NCBI GenBank assembly: GCA_017540815.1
Contig: JAFYAI010000016.1
Span: forward strand, 666-64,665
DNA from: Spirochaetales bacterium
GTDB lineage: Bacteria > Spirochaetota > GWE2-31-10 > MWDO01
Length of the DNA: 64,000 nucleotides
Direction of reading: 5' to 3'
Positions within the stretch are counted from its first letter, which is position 1; every line of letters starts with the position of its first letter. The notes beneath the pieces were generated by a model that ran no database searches, had not been told where the DNA came from, and saw nothing but the letters and a program-made list of their open reading frames with translations. Positions 49,804 through 59,393 of this stretch are shown one piece after another. The position numbers and the translations under genes were made by a program.

Positions 49804-50112
49804 CTAAACCTCTTCAATAACACATCGCAGCGGGAAACCATTCTGTCTGGCAGCCTGATGAACCTCTGCGACTTTAGTCTGAGCGATCTCCAAGCTATAC
49901 TCGCCACAGACACCACGCCCCGACTTATGGATAGTCATCATAATATTGATCGCATCGGCTTCATTCTTGCCGAAGACACTCTCCAGCATCGACACGACGA
50001 ACTCCATCGATGTGTAGTCATCATTAAGCATAATGACCCGATACCTACCGGGTTTCTTGACTTTCACCCGCTCTGCCGTGCTTGATGAAGAATGTGTCCT
50101 GCTGTCAGCCAT
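49804..50112 (-). CDS. clpS: ATP-dependent Clp protease adaptor ClpS
   Basis: YRVIMLNDDYTSMEFVV…FGK signature. Confidence 0.9.
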   Translation of the reverse strand: MADSRTHSSSSTAERVKVKKPGRYRVIMLNDDYTSMEFVVSMLESVFGKNEADAINIMMTIHKSGRGVCGEYSLEIAQTKVAEVHQAARQNGFPLRCVIEEV

Positions 50113-50191
50113 TGTTAGTCCTTTTTTGCGTTTCTTCTATTATATAGCATATCCGCAGAATGTCAATAAAAATATTCACGCCGCAATTTTT

Positions 50192-51241
50192 TCAGAAAAA
50201 TAACTTGGCTAATGCGAGAATTCCCTGTTTCCACGGAACTCGGTGCGACACTCCGCTTGTATTCTTAAACTTATCGACATTCTCCAGATACCATCGATAG
50301 TTCCGCAGCAGTGCATCCTTATTGGAATACTGCGGATTGAATCCGAGTTTAGCCTTCGCCTTGTCAATGCTTACAAACGAATCCTTGCTTGCCGTCTCGT
50401 AAACCCATTTATACAGCGGCGACAAGTGCAGTGCCTCTAAGATTCGCAGAGCCAGAATGACAGGACCGGCAGGGAATCCCTTAATCCGCTTGCCATATCC
50501 GGCCTCATCCAGCACGACCTGATAGTCCTCCCGCATCGTCGTAAACTCTGCCGCTCCGATGTTGAATGTGTCATTGACATCGGCTTCATCCTTCGTCAGA
50601 CACAGATATATCGCATCGCATAAGTCTTCGACATCAAGGAACTGGTAGCGATTCTTACCATTGCCGATCATCGGGAAGCCGTGACCTGTCATCGCCCAAT
50701 CGTAGAATATCGCAAATACTCCGAGCCGCTCAGGTCCTATGAATGACTTCGGGCGGATAATCGGCAGGATCATGCCCTCCTTGCGTGCGTCTAAACACAC
50801 AGCCTCTGCCATAATCTTCGCCTTGCCGTAGTGTCCAACACCGTCAAGTTTGTCATCCTCAGTCAGCGGATGATGGTCAGGAATGCCGTACACCGCCGTC
50901 GATGAGATCTGCACGAACCGCTTGATGCCATTCCGCTTGGCAGACTCCACCAACAGCCGCGTGCCATCTACATCAGTTGAGTATATATCCTGCTTCTTAT
51001 ACAGTGGCAAAGCGGCGGCACAATGCACAACCAGATCCTGTCCCTGCATACACTTCTCCACCATATCCCTGTCGCGAATGTCACCAAGCACCGCATTGAT
51101 TCGGTCAAACTCAGGATAGTCAAACTTCGCAAAGTCCAGAGAAGTAATATTATAGCCTAACTTCAATAAATATCGAATGAGATTAATCCCCAAAAAACCG
51201 CTTCCGCCGGTCACGAGGATATTTTTGCCATTATTGTCCAT
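50192..51241 (-). CDS. NAD-dependent epimerase/dehydratase family protein
   Basis: [11 protein letters not shown] Rossmann motif and YGKAK (YxxxK) catalytic motif. Confidence 0.85.
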   Translation of the reverse strand: MDNNGKNILVTGGSGFLGINLIRYLLKLGYNITSLDFAKFDYPEFDRINAVLGDIRDRDMVEKCMQGQDLVVHCAAALPLYKKQDIYSTDVDGTRLLVESAKRNGIKRFVQISSTAVYGIPDHHPLTEDDKLDGVGHYGKAKIMAEAVCLDARKEGMILPIIRPKSFIGPERLGVFAIFYDWAMTGHGFPMIGNGKNRYQFLDVEDLCDAIYLCLTKDEADVNDTFNIGAAEFTTMREDYQVVLDEAGYGKRIKGFPAGPVILALRILEALHLSPLYKWVYETASKDSFVSIDKAKAKLGFNPQYSNKDALLRNYRWYLENVDKFKNTSGVSHRVPWKQGILALAKLFF

Positions 51242-51270
51242 AATGAAATGACTCCCAAGAATTGTGATGT

Positions 51271-51324
51271 ATTAATTATAACAAAAAAACAGCAAATAAT
51301 CAAAGATTATTTGCTGTTTTTTTG
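51271..51324. terminator. Terminator hairpin of the conserved-core family with the attaattataacaaaaaaa flank
   Basis: aaaaaaacagcaaataatcAAAgattatttgctgttttttt. Confidence 0.7.
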
Positions 51325-51327
51325 GTA

Positions 51328-52890
51328 TTATGGATTACTCATTCTTATAAGTCCGGTCTGATCAAATACAAGTGCCGTCTTGGTTATATGCTTCCCGCTT
51401 GCAATATATGGCTCAGCATACTTTTTATCCTCGATCTGCTTCAACGCCGCCGCTGCCAACTCGTCAGCATTACCCTCACGGCAACATTTCAGCTCGAAGA
51501 TATACACCTTATCTTCCAGTTCCACGACAATATCCGCCCGCCCCAAAAGTGACACTCTCTCCGCTGTCGTGCGGTAACTGGTCAGTGAGAACATCATAAA
51601 CAATATATTGCGATACATATCTTCGTTATAATTCTTATCCTGCATATACGGCAGAGATGCAACAGCAGAGCGGATCAGAGTTTCCAGCTCAGCCATATCG
51701 GCATTCTCCAATGCACTGCGGAATTGCTGAATCGTACCTGTCAGTTTAGTTTCCCTAATAGGCGTAATCCGACGCATTAGGTGCTTATAAAAACCTGTCC
51801 GTACTTCAACATTAGGAAAGTCAAGCGTATAGAACCGGCTTTTTTTATCATAACTTTTTAGTGTCAGATAACCTGTCTGATACATAATCGGCAAAAAATT
51901 ATCATCTGTAGGATCGAAACTGTCGAAATCACTCTCAGCAGCCACAACATCTTCCACAAAATCTGATATGTCAGCTTCCTGATGATTAAGAATGTTCAAA
52001 AGAGACTTAGGAGTGCCGCTGCCAAACCATTTACTCGAAAATTCATTGTCAGCAAAAGCATTTATCAGACTGAACGGGTTATACACATCTGTCATCGACT
52101 TGCTGAAATGATACCCGTCATAAGTCAGTTTCAGTTTATCAAGACACTCCCGACGGCTCATCTCATTGGCAGCCGCCATATCATCGATTCTGTCCGAAAA
52201 AACAGTCAGCAGTTCTTCCTTTGTAATGCCACATATCGCAGAATATTGGTCACTCATACTAATATCACGAATGTGATTCAATCCGCTGAAAATATTCAGG
52301 TGCGGCACGCGGGTAATACCTGTCAGGAATATGAATTTCAGATATTCATCGCAGCTTTTCAGCACGCTGTAGAAATCACGAATCATTGTGCGATTGACAT
52401 TCTCGACATCGGTATATAACGCATCAAGGATGGGCTTATCATACTCATCAATGAGAACGACAACATTTTCATCGGCAGCTTCTTTCGCAGCGATAATCAC
52501 ATTCTTGAATCTGACATCATAACTGGTTGTCTCAGCCGGAGTTATATTATATTTCCGCTCATATCCGATTAGGACATCGTTAATCACAGCCCTCAGTTTC
52601 TCATTTGATTCATAACCGCTCAGTCCGAAATCAATGCGAATGACAGGATATTTCTTCCACTCTTCCTCCAACTTGGCAATCTTGAGACCTTCAAACAACT
52701 CCTTCCGCCCGTTGAAATAAGCATCCAATGTTGAGACGAGCAAACTCTTGCCGAATCGGCGCGGACGAGAGAGGAAATAAACCGTTCCGTTGTGAACCAA
52801 ATCATAAATCAAATCGGTCTTATCTGCATAAACGCAGTCATTATCGCGAAGTTTCTCAAATGTCTGTATGCCAAGCGGCAGTTTTTTCAT
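51328..52890 (-). CDS. Predicted AAA-ATPase N-domain plus PD-(D/E)XK (PDDEXK_9) C-domain protein
   Basis: Family-typical GKSLL N-region and a C-terminal ELK nuclease-fold motif (IFELKCC). Confidence 0.85.
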   Translation of the reverse strand: MKKLPLGIQTFEKLRDNDCVYADKTDLIYDLVHNGTVYFLSRPRRFGKSLLVSTLDAYFNGRKELFEGLKIAKLEEEWKKYPVIRIDFGLSGYESNEKLRAVINDVLIGYERKYNITPAETTSYDVRFKNVIIAAKEAADENVVVLIDEYDKPILDALYTDVENVNRTMIRDFYSVLKSCDEYLKFIFLTGITRVPHLNIFSGLNHIRDISMSDQYSAICGITKEELLTVFSDRIDDMAAANEMSRRECLDKLKLTYDGYHFSKSMTDVYNPFSLINAFADNEFSSKWFGSGTPKSLLNILNHQEADISDFVEDVVAAESDFDSFDPTDDNFLPIMYQTGYLTLKSYDKKSRFYTLDFPNVEVRTGFYKHLMRRITPIRETKLTGTIQQFRSALENADMAELETLIRSAVASLPYMQDKNYNEDMYRNILFMMFSLTSYRTTAERVSLLGRADIVVELEDKVYIFELKCCREGNADELAAAALKQIEDKKYAEPYIASGKHITKTALVFDQTGLIRMSNP

Positions 52891-52914
52891 GGAATGTACC
52901 TCTATATAATTATA

Positions 52915-52966
52915 ACAAAAAACAGAAAAAAGTCAAAGACTTTTTTCTGTTTTTTGAGATGAGAGG
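52915..52966. terminator. Terminator hairpin of the conserved-core family with the tataattataacaaaaaa flank
   Basis: aaaaaacagaaaaaagtcAAAgacttttttctgttttttg. Confidence 0.7.
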
Positions 52967-53007
52967 ATACTCTTAACAGAACTTCTTTTGTCCTCACATT
53001 TTTTGTT

Positions 53008-53796
53008 TCATTCCAATATCCCGTCTGTATCATCTTCCGCCAACGGCAACTTAGACAAATAATCCTTCAGTTTATTCGCCATAGGCAAAAATGTTGCCGC
53101 TGTAATGCTTCCGGAAAATATACCGCCTACGATAGGGATAATCTTGCTTATTGTTTTGCCGAAACTCTGCTTGGTCAGACTAATCCCTAACCATTTTGCA
53201 ATCTGTTTCGCGATATTATAGACCCCCATTTTCGACAATGCCATTCTCGGAATTCTTTTGGCTGCCTGCTCCGCCAAACTGACAGAAATCTTGCTTATTG
53301 CAGCCGCTGCTCCTTTTGCCCCTGACATAACACCGATAAACAAAGTCAGCAATCCCAAAAATTCATCGCTCGGCTGTTCTTCATCGAAACTCGGCCAGCC
53401 ATACAAAAAAGCAAGTTTCTGAGTGACAACAATAACATTATAATAAAATTGTGCAAGATCAGCAGGGATCGTTCCTGCCATCCACCAGCCGCCCGGTAAA
53501 CCTGTAGCAAATGAAATTCCGGTCACAATGATTGTATGATTTTTGATTACTGATTTGGCAATCTTATCAATATCCTCTTTTTTGGCGGGAGAGTTTTTTA
53601 TCCCGTTTCTAATGATTTCCTGAACATCATCTTCTTTATAATACTTTATAAGTTCTTTTCTTAAGAAAGCACTTCTGTTTACCTTAGCTCCCGGTATTTT
53701 CAAAGCCGTAGACAAAACCCCGTTCCATACAGTCACCGCTTTTTCATCATTGATGTTATAATCTTCATTTAATTCTAATTCTTCTTCGTTGTTCAT
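53008..53796 (-). CDS. EcsC-like protein
   Basis: Central Gly-rich TGISFATGLPGGWWMAGTIPADL region and overall size resemble the EcsC family. This is a from-memory family call. Confidence 0.5.
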   Translation of the reverse strand: MNNEEELELNEDYNINDEKAVTVWNGVLSTALKIPGAKVNRSAFLRKELIKYYKEDDVQEIIRNGIKNSPAKKEDIDKIAKSVIKNHTIIVTGISFATGLPGGWWMAGTIPADLAQFYYNVIVVTQKLAFLYGWPSFDEEQPSDEFLGLLTLFIGVMSGAKGAAAAISKISVSLAEQAAKRIPRMALSKMGVYNIAKQIAKWLGISLTKQSFGKTISKIIPIVGGIFSGSITAATFLPMANKLKDYLSKLPLAEDDTDGILE

Positions 53797-53799
53797 TAG

Positions 53800-54363
53800 T
53801 TACTCCTCTGATTTAATAAATTTCCATTCAATTTGATATTGTTTGCCAGTCAACTCACCTATCTGCCGAACATAATTCTCTATAATCTTCATTGCTCGTG
53901 TCTGAGCATTCTGCATTAGAGAATGATTCTCCTGTAATGTTGTTATGCAATTATTACGAGCTTTTTCAAGTGCATCTACTTGATCTTTTGAAGATATACG
54001 AGCTTTAAACAGACCTTCAATGAAACCAGGCATTTCTGACAAAACTTCCATAGAAGGTATAGATATTTTAGGCTCTCCGATAATCTTTGCATTTGGAATA
54101 GTGACTATCACTTTTGATTTATTAACTTCAATATTAACAGATGAAATATCTATTCCAAGTTTGACAGTTGACTCGTACTCAATCCACTGCTGTAAACCGT
54201 TTTTCTCAATCGTGACAAGATTACGATAATAACATTCCTGTGTTGCCAGATCGCAAACCTGTCGTATATCTATTAAATTCGGACTTATATCCGACTGTTG
54301 TTTACATGATATAAGCAAAACAAAAAAAACGCAAAATAATATAGTCCTTCTTATATATATCAT
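53800..54363 (-). CDS. Lipoprotein, paralog B of a tandem pair. Possibly DUF4230-like.
   Basis: Signal plus lipobox LISC. Shares VIVTIPNAKI / GIDISSVNIEV blocks with the upstream paralog. Confidence 0.5.
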   Translation of the reverse strand: MIYIRRTILFCVFFVLLISCKQQSDISPNLIDIRQVCDLATQECYYRNLVTIEKNGLQQWIEYESTVKLGIDISSVNIEVNKSKVIVTIPNAKIIGEPKISIPSMEVLSEMPGFIEGLFKARISSKDQVDALEKARNNCITTLQENHSLMQNAQTRAMKIIENYVRQIGELTGKQYQIEWKFIKSEE

Positions 54364-54977
54364 AATGACTCTCCTTCTACAACAAAGTTATACGATGAAC
54401 TCTTTTTAAATGGCATGCACAATGCCTTAATAGTCTCTTTGGCATTTTCATTTGCCAAATATAGTATTTTCTGATTATTTATCACTTTAGAACGCAGATC
54501 ATTTCGACAAATACTGAGATGTTTCTTAATATTCGGGTTTTTCTTATATTTATTCTTGAAATACAGGAACTTCATCGTTTCTGCTTCAGTACTGACATTA
54601 TATTCAAGAATTTTGGCATTAGGGACATCTACATAAATTGTATTTCCTTCAACTTGAACCGTAGGTGGTTCATCAATACCAGCTCTGACAATTCCCCTAT
54701 ATGAAATTGCATATCGGCGATCCTTTTCTGTTTCAGTAGGTACATCAGTCTCATCAGCAGACACATCTACAGCGATGTCTTCCCAATAATCATCAATATG
54801 TGGTGTTACAATTACATAACTATTGTATACATATTCTATAGTGTGTAATTCTTTCACATTTAAAACTTTCTCCAATGTTAGTTTAGTTGTTATCGAATAA
54901 TTTTTGCATCCGATTAAACAAAACAGAAACATTAATACAATAATAAATTTGATACTTATCGATTTTTGTCTATTCAT
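54360..54977 (-). CDS. Lipoprotein, paralog A of the tandem pair
   Basis: Signal plus lipobox LIGC. TIYVDVPNAKILEYNVS / GIVRAGIDEPPTVQVEGN blocks. 4-bp overlap with paralog B. Confidence 0.5.
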   Translation of the reverse strand: MNRQKSISIKFIIVLMFLFCLIGCKNYSITTKLTLEKVLNVKELHTIEYVYNSYVIVTPHIDDYWEDIAVDVSADETDVPTETEKDRRYAISYRGIVRAGIDEPPTVQVEGNTIYVDVPNAKILEYNVSTEAETMKFLYFKNKYKKNPNIKKHLSICRNDLRSKVINNQKILYLANENAKETIKALCMPFKKSSSYNFVVEGESL

Positions 54978-54991
54978 ATTCTACCCCCATT

Positions 54992-55426
54992 TTACTCATC
55001 CTCACCTATATGTGTCATCTTCAACTTTTTATCACATTCGTCGATTGTTTCATCACAATAGCGAATCTCTTTCAAAATATTTCTAATATCATCATCAATA
55101 ATCAGATCCGTTTGATTGGGATTATTATTTAGAATCTCAAACATCATTTCTCCCAACATTTCCATAGCCTTTTGCCTTTTGGTTTCTGCATTTTTCTTCT
55201 CAATTCTAACAGGAACAACCTTTGCTTCATTTCCAAGCCATTTCAATCCTTTCTTACCGGCTTCCCCAGCTTTTTTTCCTATTTCTTTAGCTTTTTCTCC
55301 GGCTTTCTTTGCTCCTTCTTTGAACTTTTCTTTCATTTCAGATTCCTGTTTCTCAGGCTCTTTCTTCTCCTTTCCTAAGAAAGGAAACCACCCTTTCTTT
55401 TCTTCCTTCATTCCTTCTTTACCCAT
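54992..55426 (-). CDS. Lys/Glu-rich small protein
   Basis: Low-complexity KEEKK/GKKAGE repeats. No TM helix. Confidence 0.4.
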   Translation of the reverse strand: MGKEGMKEEKKGWFPFLGKEKKEPEKQESEMKEKFKEGAKKAGEKAKEIGKKAGEAGKKGLKWLGNEAKVVPVRIEKKNAETKRQKAMEMLGEMMFEILNNNPNQTDLIIDDDIRNILKEIRYCDETIDECDKKLKMTHIGEDE

Positions 55427-55465
55427 AATAGTATCTCCTTATTTATAATTTATAATTGTTCATTA

Positions 55466-55975
55466 TCACTGCCGTCTCTTCCTCTTATCCATCTCCATCA
55501 CACGCCATTCCGTTTCGGTAAGACCATACACATCGGGAAGCTCAGGATTAGCAGGATGCCATTTTTCTTTATGCTTTATCCTAACCGCAAATTCTTTAAA
55601 CTCATCTTTAATATCTCCATCAGGCATGTAAGATTCTTTACTCCAACGATGAAAATCCATAGCAATATTGCCCACATAAAACGGCTCAAAACGATGTAAG
55701 TCCCCCAAAATCTTTATCGCATCCATAGGTTCATAGCAAAGCAATCTGATATGATTTCCGATACCTTCCTGCGAATCACGAAATATCAGCTCCAATACGA
55801 CTGCATCATCATCAGCATACTCACCGTCATCATAATGATAACATAATGCAGTCTCTATATTGCTGACAATTTCATGCGTTAGATATTCTGTATCCAAACC
55901 ATCAAGAACATCTGCTCCATTGAGAAAAAACAAACTTTCATTCTGTTCTTCCCAATCATATTTATTAAGCCTCAT
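55466..55975 (-). CDS. Acidic hypothetical protein, 169 aa
   Basis: First gene of the AT-rich five-gene cassette. No motif recognised. Confidence 0.4.
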   Translation of the reverse strand: MRLNKYDWEEQNESLFFLNGADVLDGLDTEYLTHEIVSNIETALCYHYDDGEYADDDAVVLELIFRDSQEGIGNHIRLLCYEPMDAIKILGDLHRFEPFYVGNIAMDFHRWSKESYMPDGDIKDEFKEFAVRIKHKEKWHPANPELPDVYGLTETEWRVMEMDKRKRRQ

Positions 55976-56158
55976 ATTTTTACCTCGCTTTCAAATAATA
56001 CTTCAACCTTCTATTATAACACACATTCACCATTCAAATGTCGTTTTCAAAGCGACAAATGCACAAAAAAAGCTCTTGACTTGTTTAGAGTCAACAATTT
56101 GTCAAATAAAAAAAAGATTAATATTGTTTATTGCCAATTTTTATGATATAATAAAATT

Positions 56159-56470
56159 ATGGATATAACTCTGATACAATCTTTATGTAAACAACGCAAG
56201 ATAAAATGGTCTTTGCATTCATCCGAAAAAATGGCAGAGCGAGGAATAATGCGTTCCGATGTAATTAATTGTATAGAGTATGGTGAAATCATCAAAGATT
56301 ATCCTGATGATACTCCAAATCCAAGTTATCTGATATTCGGTCAAGATTTACGAAGTAAGATTCTGCATACAGTTGTCGGATATAGTAAAGAAACCTTGTT
56401 TATAATAACAGCTTATTATCCGGACACAAGTATATTTGAATCGGATTTACGAACAAGAAAAAAGAGGTGA
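56159..56470 (+). CDS. DUF4258-family protein (toxin-like)
   Basis: HSSEKMAERGI…GEIIKDYPDD…LHTVVGY…IITAYYPD matches the DUF4258 signature. Confidence 0.7.
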   Translation: MDITLIQSLCKQRKIKWSLHSSEKMAERGIMRSDVINCIEYGEIIKDYPDDTPNPSYLIFGQDLRSKILHTVVGYSKETLFIITAYYPDTSIFESDLRTRKKR

Positions 56471-56703
56471 ATATGTGCTTTTACTGCAAAAACGAAAAAA
56501 CTAAAAATTCCATCACAACATATATGGTAGACTTAAAAGACTGCATTATCATTATAAAAAATGTTCCGTGTGAAGAATGTACTCAATGTGGCGAGAAATA
56601 TATCAGTGACGAAGTAATGGAACGAATCGAAAAAATTATTCGACAGGTTCGTTCAATTGCAGGAGAAGTTTTTGTCACAGATTATACGAAAAAAATCGCA
56701 TAA
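56467..56703 (+). CDS. YgiT-type (MqsA N-terminal-like) zinc-finger protein
   Basis: CFYCKNEK…CEECTQCGEKY four-Cys zinc ribbon. ATGA overlap with the DUF4258 gene. Confidence 0.65.
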   Translation: MNMCFYCKNEKTKNSITTYMVDLKDCIIIIKNVPCEECTQCGEKYISDEVMERIEKIIRQVRSIAGEVFVTDYTKKIA

Positions 56704-56739
56704 GAAAAAAGAGATTTCCTTTTAGGAAATCTCTTTCCC

Positions 56740-59235
56740 TTACACTATCCCGGTAACCTTATAATCTTTTGCTTCAACTGCTGTTTTAAGCACATCGTCA
56801 GCGACATCTTTGCTCAACTCGACAATCGCCGTACCTGCAGTATGGCTTGGCGTTGCAAGTGTTACTCCGTCGATAGCCTCCAATGCTTTTTTGACAGTGG
56901 CTTCACAGTGTCCGCACATCATCCCTTCGATCTTAAGTGTTTTTGTCATAGTAGAAGTCTCCTTATTGTCTGTTAGATTTTTATCAGAGTTATCATCAGG
57001 TGATGATTTTCCATTTTTGTTAAATTTCAGCAGGTTAAGCCGCAGTGCATTGCTGACTACACAGAAACTCGACAGGCTCATTGCTGCCGCACCAAATGCC
57101 GGAGTAAGCACAATGCCGAACAGCGGATACAATGCCCCTGCCGCCAACGGAATGCCGATAATATTATAGATAAATGCCCAGAAGAGATTCTCATATATAT
57201 TGCGAAGCACGGCACGCCCGATCCTGACAGCTGCTGCGACATCAGTCAGCGAATCACGCACCAGCACAACATCTGCGGCATCTTTGGCAACATCCGTTCC
57301 GGCACCGATTGCAGCACCGACATCGGCAGCGGTTAAGGCAACGGCATCATTGATACCATCACCGACCATCATCACACGACCTGTCTGCTGTATTTCCGCC
57401 ACGATCTTGGCTTTCTGATCCGGCAGCACTTTGCCGAATATCTTATCTGCCTTGATCATATTACCGACTTTATCGGCAGCAGCCTGATTGTCACCTGACA
57501 GCAGACATACACTTAGTCCCATACTGTGCATACGCGATACTGCGGCGATACTGTCAGGTTTCAGCTCATCCGAGAATGTGATAATACCTATCGGCTGATC
57601 TCCAACAGCGACTGCGATAAGTGTCTGCCCGGCAGTGCTTATTTTGCTCAATGTCTCTTCTAATGCTGTCTTTGCATTGTCGGCTGTTATCTCCGCCAAG
57701 ATCATATCTGCACTGCCGACAGTTATCGGAGTTCCATTCTGAGAGACAGCTCTAATCCCATGCCCTGCGGTCTCTGTGATATTGCTGACATCCTGAGCCG
57801 TCACATTCTGAGCTTCGGCATAACGGCAGACAGCCACCGCCAGCGGATGAGAACTGCTCCGCTCCAGAGAGTAAGCCGCCTGCACAATTGTGAGGCTATC
57901 CGCATCCCCGATCGGATAAATGCCGGTAATCTCAGGCTGCCCCTTCGTCACAGTGCCTGTCTTATCAAGTATCACATTCCGCACGCGACCTGTCAGTTCC
58001 AGACTCTCCGCCGTCTTGAACAGGATGTTGTGACGAGCCGCAACGCCGCTGCCGACCATGATAGCAACAGGTGTCGCCAGACCCAATGCACACGGGCAAC
58101 TGATAACCAGCACGCATATACCGCGAGCCAATGCAAAGCCGACAGTCTGACCTGCGAAGAGCCATATCAGAGCGGTTATAATCGCAATCATCGTCACAAT
58201 AGGCACGAAGATGCCGCTCACCCTGTCAGCGACTCTGGCAATCGGAGCTTTGGCAGCTGCGGCATCTCCTACCATAGCTATAATCTTGGACAATGCAGTA
58301 TCACTGCCGACTTTGTCGGCACGAATATGGATCACGCCATTGAGATTGATCGTTCCGGTATAAACCTGTGCCCCCTCGGACTTATTCACAGGCATACTCT
58401 CGCCGGTCAAGGCAGACTCGTTGATGCTTGTCATTCCGTGAATGACAACCCCGTCTGCACTGACATTCTCACCGGGGCGGATGACGATCTCATCACCGAC
58501 AGACAGTTCCTCTATCGGAATAATCAGTTCCACACCGTTCCTGATAACAGACGCATTCTGCGGAGTCAGGCTCGCCAACGCACGAAGTGCATCCGTAGTG
58601 CGGCCTTTTGCAATCGCTTCAAGCAATTTGCCGACAGTGATAAGCACGAGTATCATACCGGCAGACTCGAAATAATAATCCGATGACGAGAGATGCTTGT
58701 CCATTGACAGCATTATCAGAATGACAGTGCTGTAGATATATGACACTCCAGAGCCCAACGCCACAAGAGTGTCCATATTGGGAGACAAGTGCATAATGCC
58801 TTTTATGCCATTGATGAAAAATCTGCGGTTGATAATCAAAATAATCCCGGATAATATCATCTGGATAATGCCAAGCGTCACTGGATAATCTTTGAGACCA
58901 AAGTCAGGAGCTCCGAACATCAGTCCCATCCCGAAATACATCAGTACCACCAAAACCACTCCGGAACTGATAAGACGCATAACAGCATTACGCACTTCGT
59001 CGGATTGAGTCGATTGTGTCTCATCTTGCTTCTTTGCAGAAGGCACAGCCGCATCATAACCTGCCTTGCGCACAGCCTGTATTACCCTGTCCGGCGGCAC
59101 ATCACCATCGACTGTCATGCTGTTAGTCAGCAAATTAACAGAGCAGTCTGTTACCCCATCCACTTTTGAGACCGCCTTCTGCACTCTGGCCTGACAGGCG
59201 GCACAACTCATACCCATTACATTATATTTAATCAT
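56740..59235 (-). CDS. copA: Copper-translocating P1B-type ATPase CopA with an N-terminal HMA domain and an extra C-terminal HMA (CopZ-like) domain fused in frame
   Basis: GMSCAACQ, CPC (SCPCALGLATP), DKTGT, GDGINDA, C-terminal MMCGHCEATVKKALE. Confidence 0.92.
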   Translation of the reverse strand: MIKYNVMGMSCAACQARVQKAVSKVDGVTDCSVNLLTNSMTVDGDVPPDRVIQAVRKAGYDAAVPSAKKQDETQSTQSDEVRNAVMRLISSGVVLVVLMYFGMGLMFGAPDFGLKDYPVTLGIIQMILSGIILIINRRFFINGIKGIMHLSPNMDTLVALGSGVSYIYSTVILIMLSMDKHLSSSDYYFESAGMILVLITVGKLLEAIAKGRTTDALRALASLTPQNASVIRNGVELIIPIEELSVGDEIVIRPGENVSADGVVIHGMTSINESALTGESMPVNKSEGAQVYTGTINLNGVIHIRADKVGSDTALSKIIAMVGDAAAAKAPIARVADRVSGIFVPIVTMIAIITALIWLFAGQTVGFALARGICVLVISCPCALGLATPVAIMVGSGVAARHNILFKTAESLELTGRVRNVILDKTGTVTKGQPEITGIYPIGDADSLTIVQAAYSLERSSSHPLAVAVCRYAEAQNVTAQDVSNITETAGHGIRAVSQNGTPITVGSADMILAEITADNAKTALEETLSKISTAGQTLIAVAVGDQPIGIITFSDELKPDSIAAVSRMHSMGLSVCLLSGDNQAAADKVGNMIKADKIFGKVLPDQKAKIVAEIQQTGRVMMVGDGINDAVALTAADVGAAIGAGTDVAKDAADVVLVRDSLTDVAAAVRIGRAVLRNIYENLFWAFIYNIIGIPLAAGALYPLFGIVLTPAFGAAAMSLSSFCVVSNALRLNLLKFNKNGKSSPDDNSDKNLTDNKETSTMTKTLKIEGMMCGHCEATVKKALEAIDGVTLATPSHTAGTAIVELSKDVADDVLKTAVEAKDYKVTGIV

Positions 59236-59351
59236 AGACTGCTCCTTTCAACAGCAGACTTTTTTTGCAGGCATCCGTGCCTGCCGCCTGCATTAGCACT
59301 TCCGTGTGCGTCAACAGCGGCACAAGACATACCCATTACATTATACTTCAT
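59232..59351 (-). CDS. Candidate 39-codon leader ORF whose first 12 codons duplicate the copA N-terminus. Its stop overlaps the copA start (ATGA).
   Basis: Minus-strand translation MKYNVMGMSCAAVDAHGSANAGGRHGCLQKKSAVERSSL*. copA begins MIKYNVMGMSCAAC. Confidence 0.35.
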   Translation of the reverse strand: MKYNVMGMSCAAVDAHGSANAGGRHGCLQKKSAVERSSL

Positions 59352-59393
59352 TGTTTTACTCCACTAACTTTTTATGATATATTTTCCCCTGTA

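Noticed and set aside
57760-58686. 308-aa ORF on + strand
   Set aside because: Antisense to copA, which has all P-type ATPase motifs in order. Arg/His-rich nonsense translation typical of antisense ORFs in GC-richer genes.
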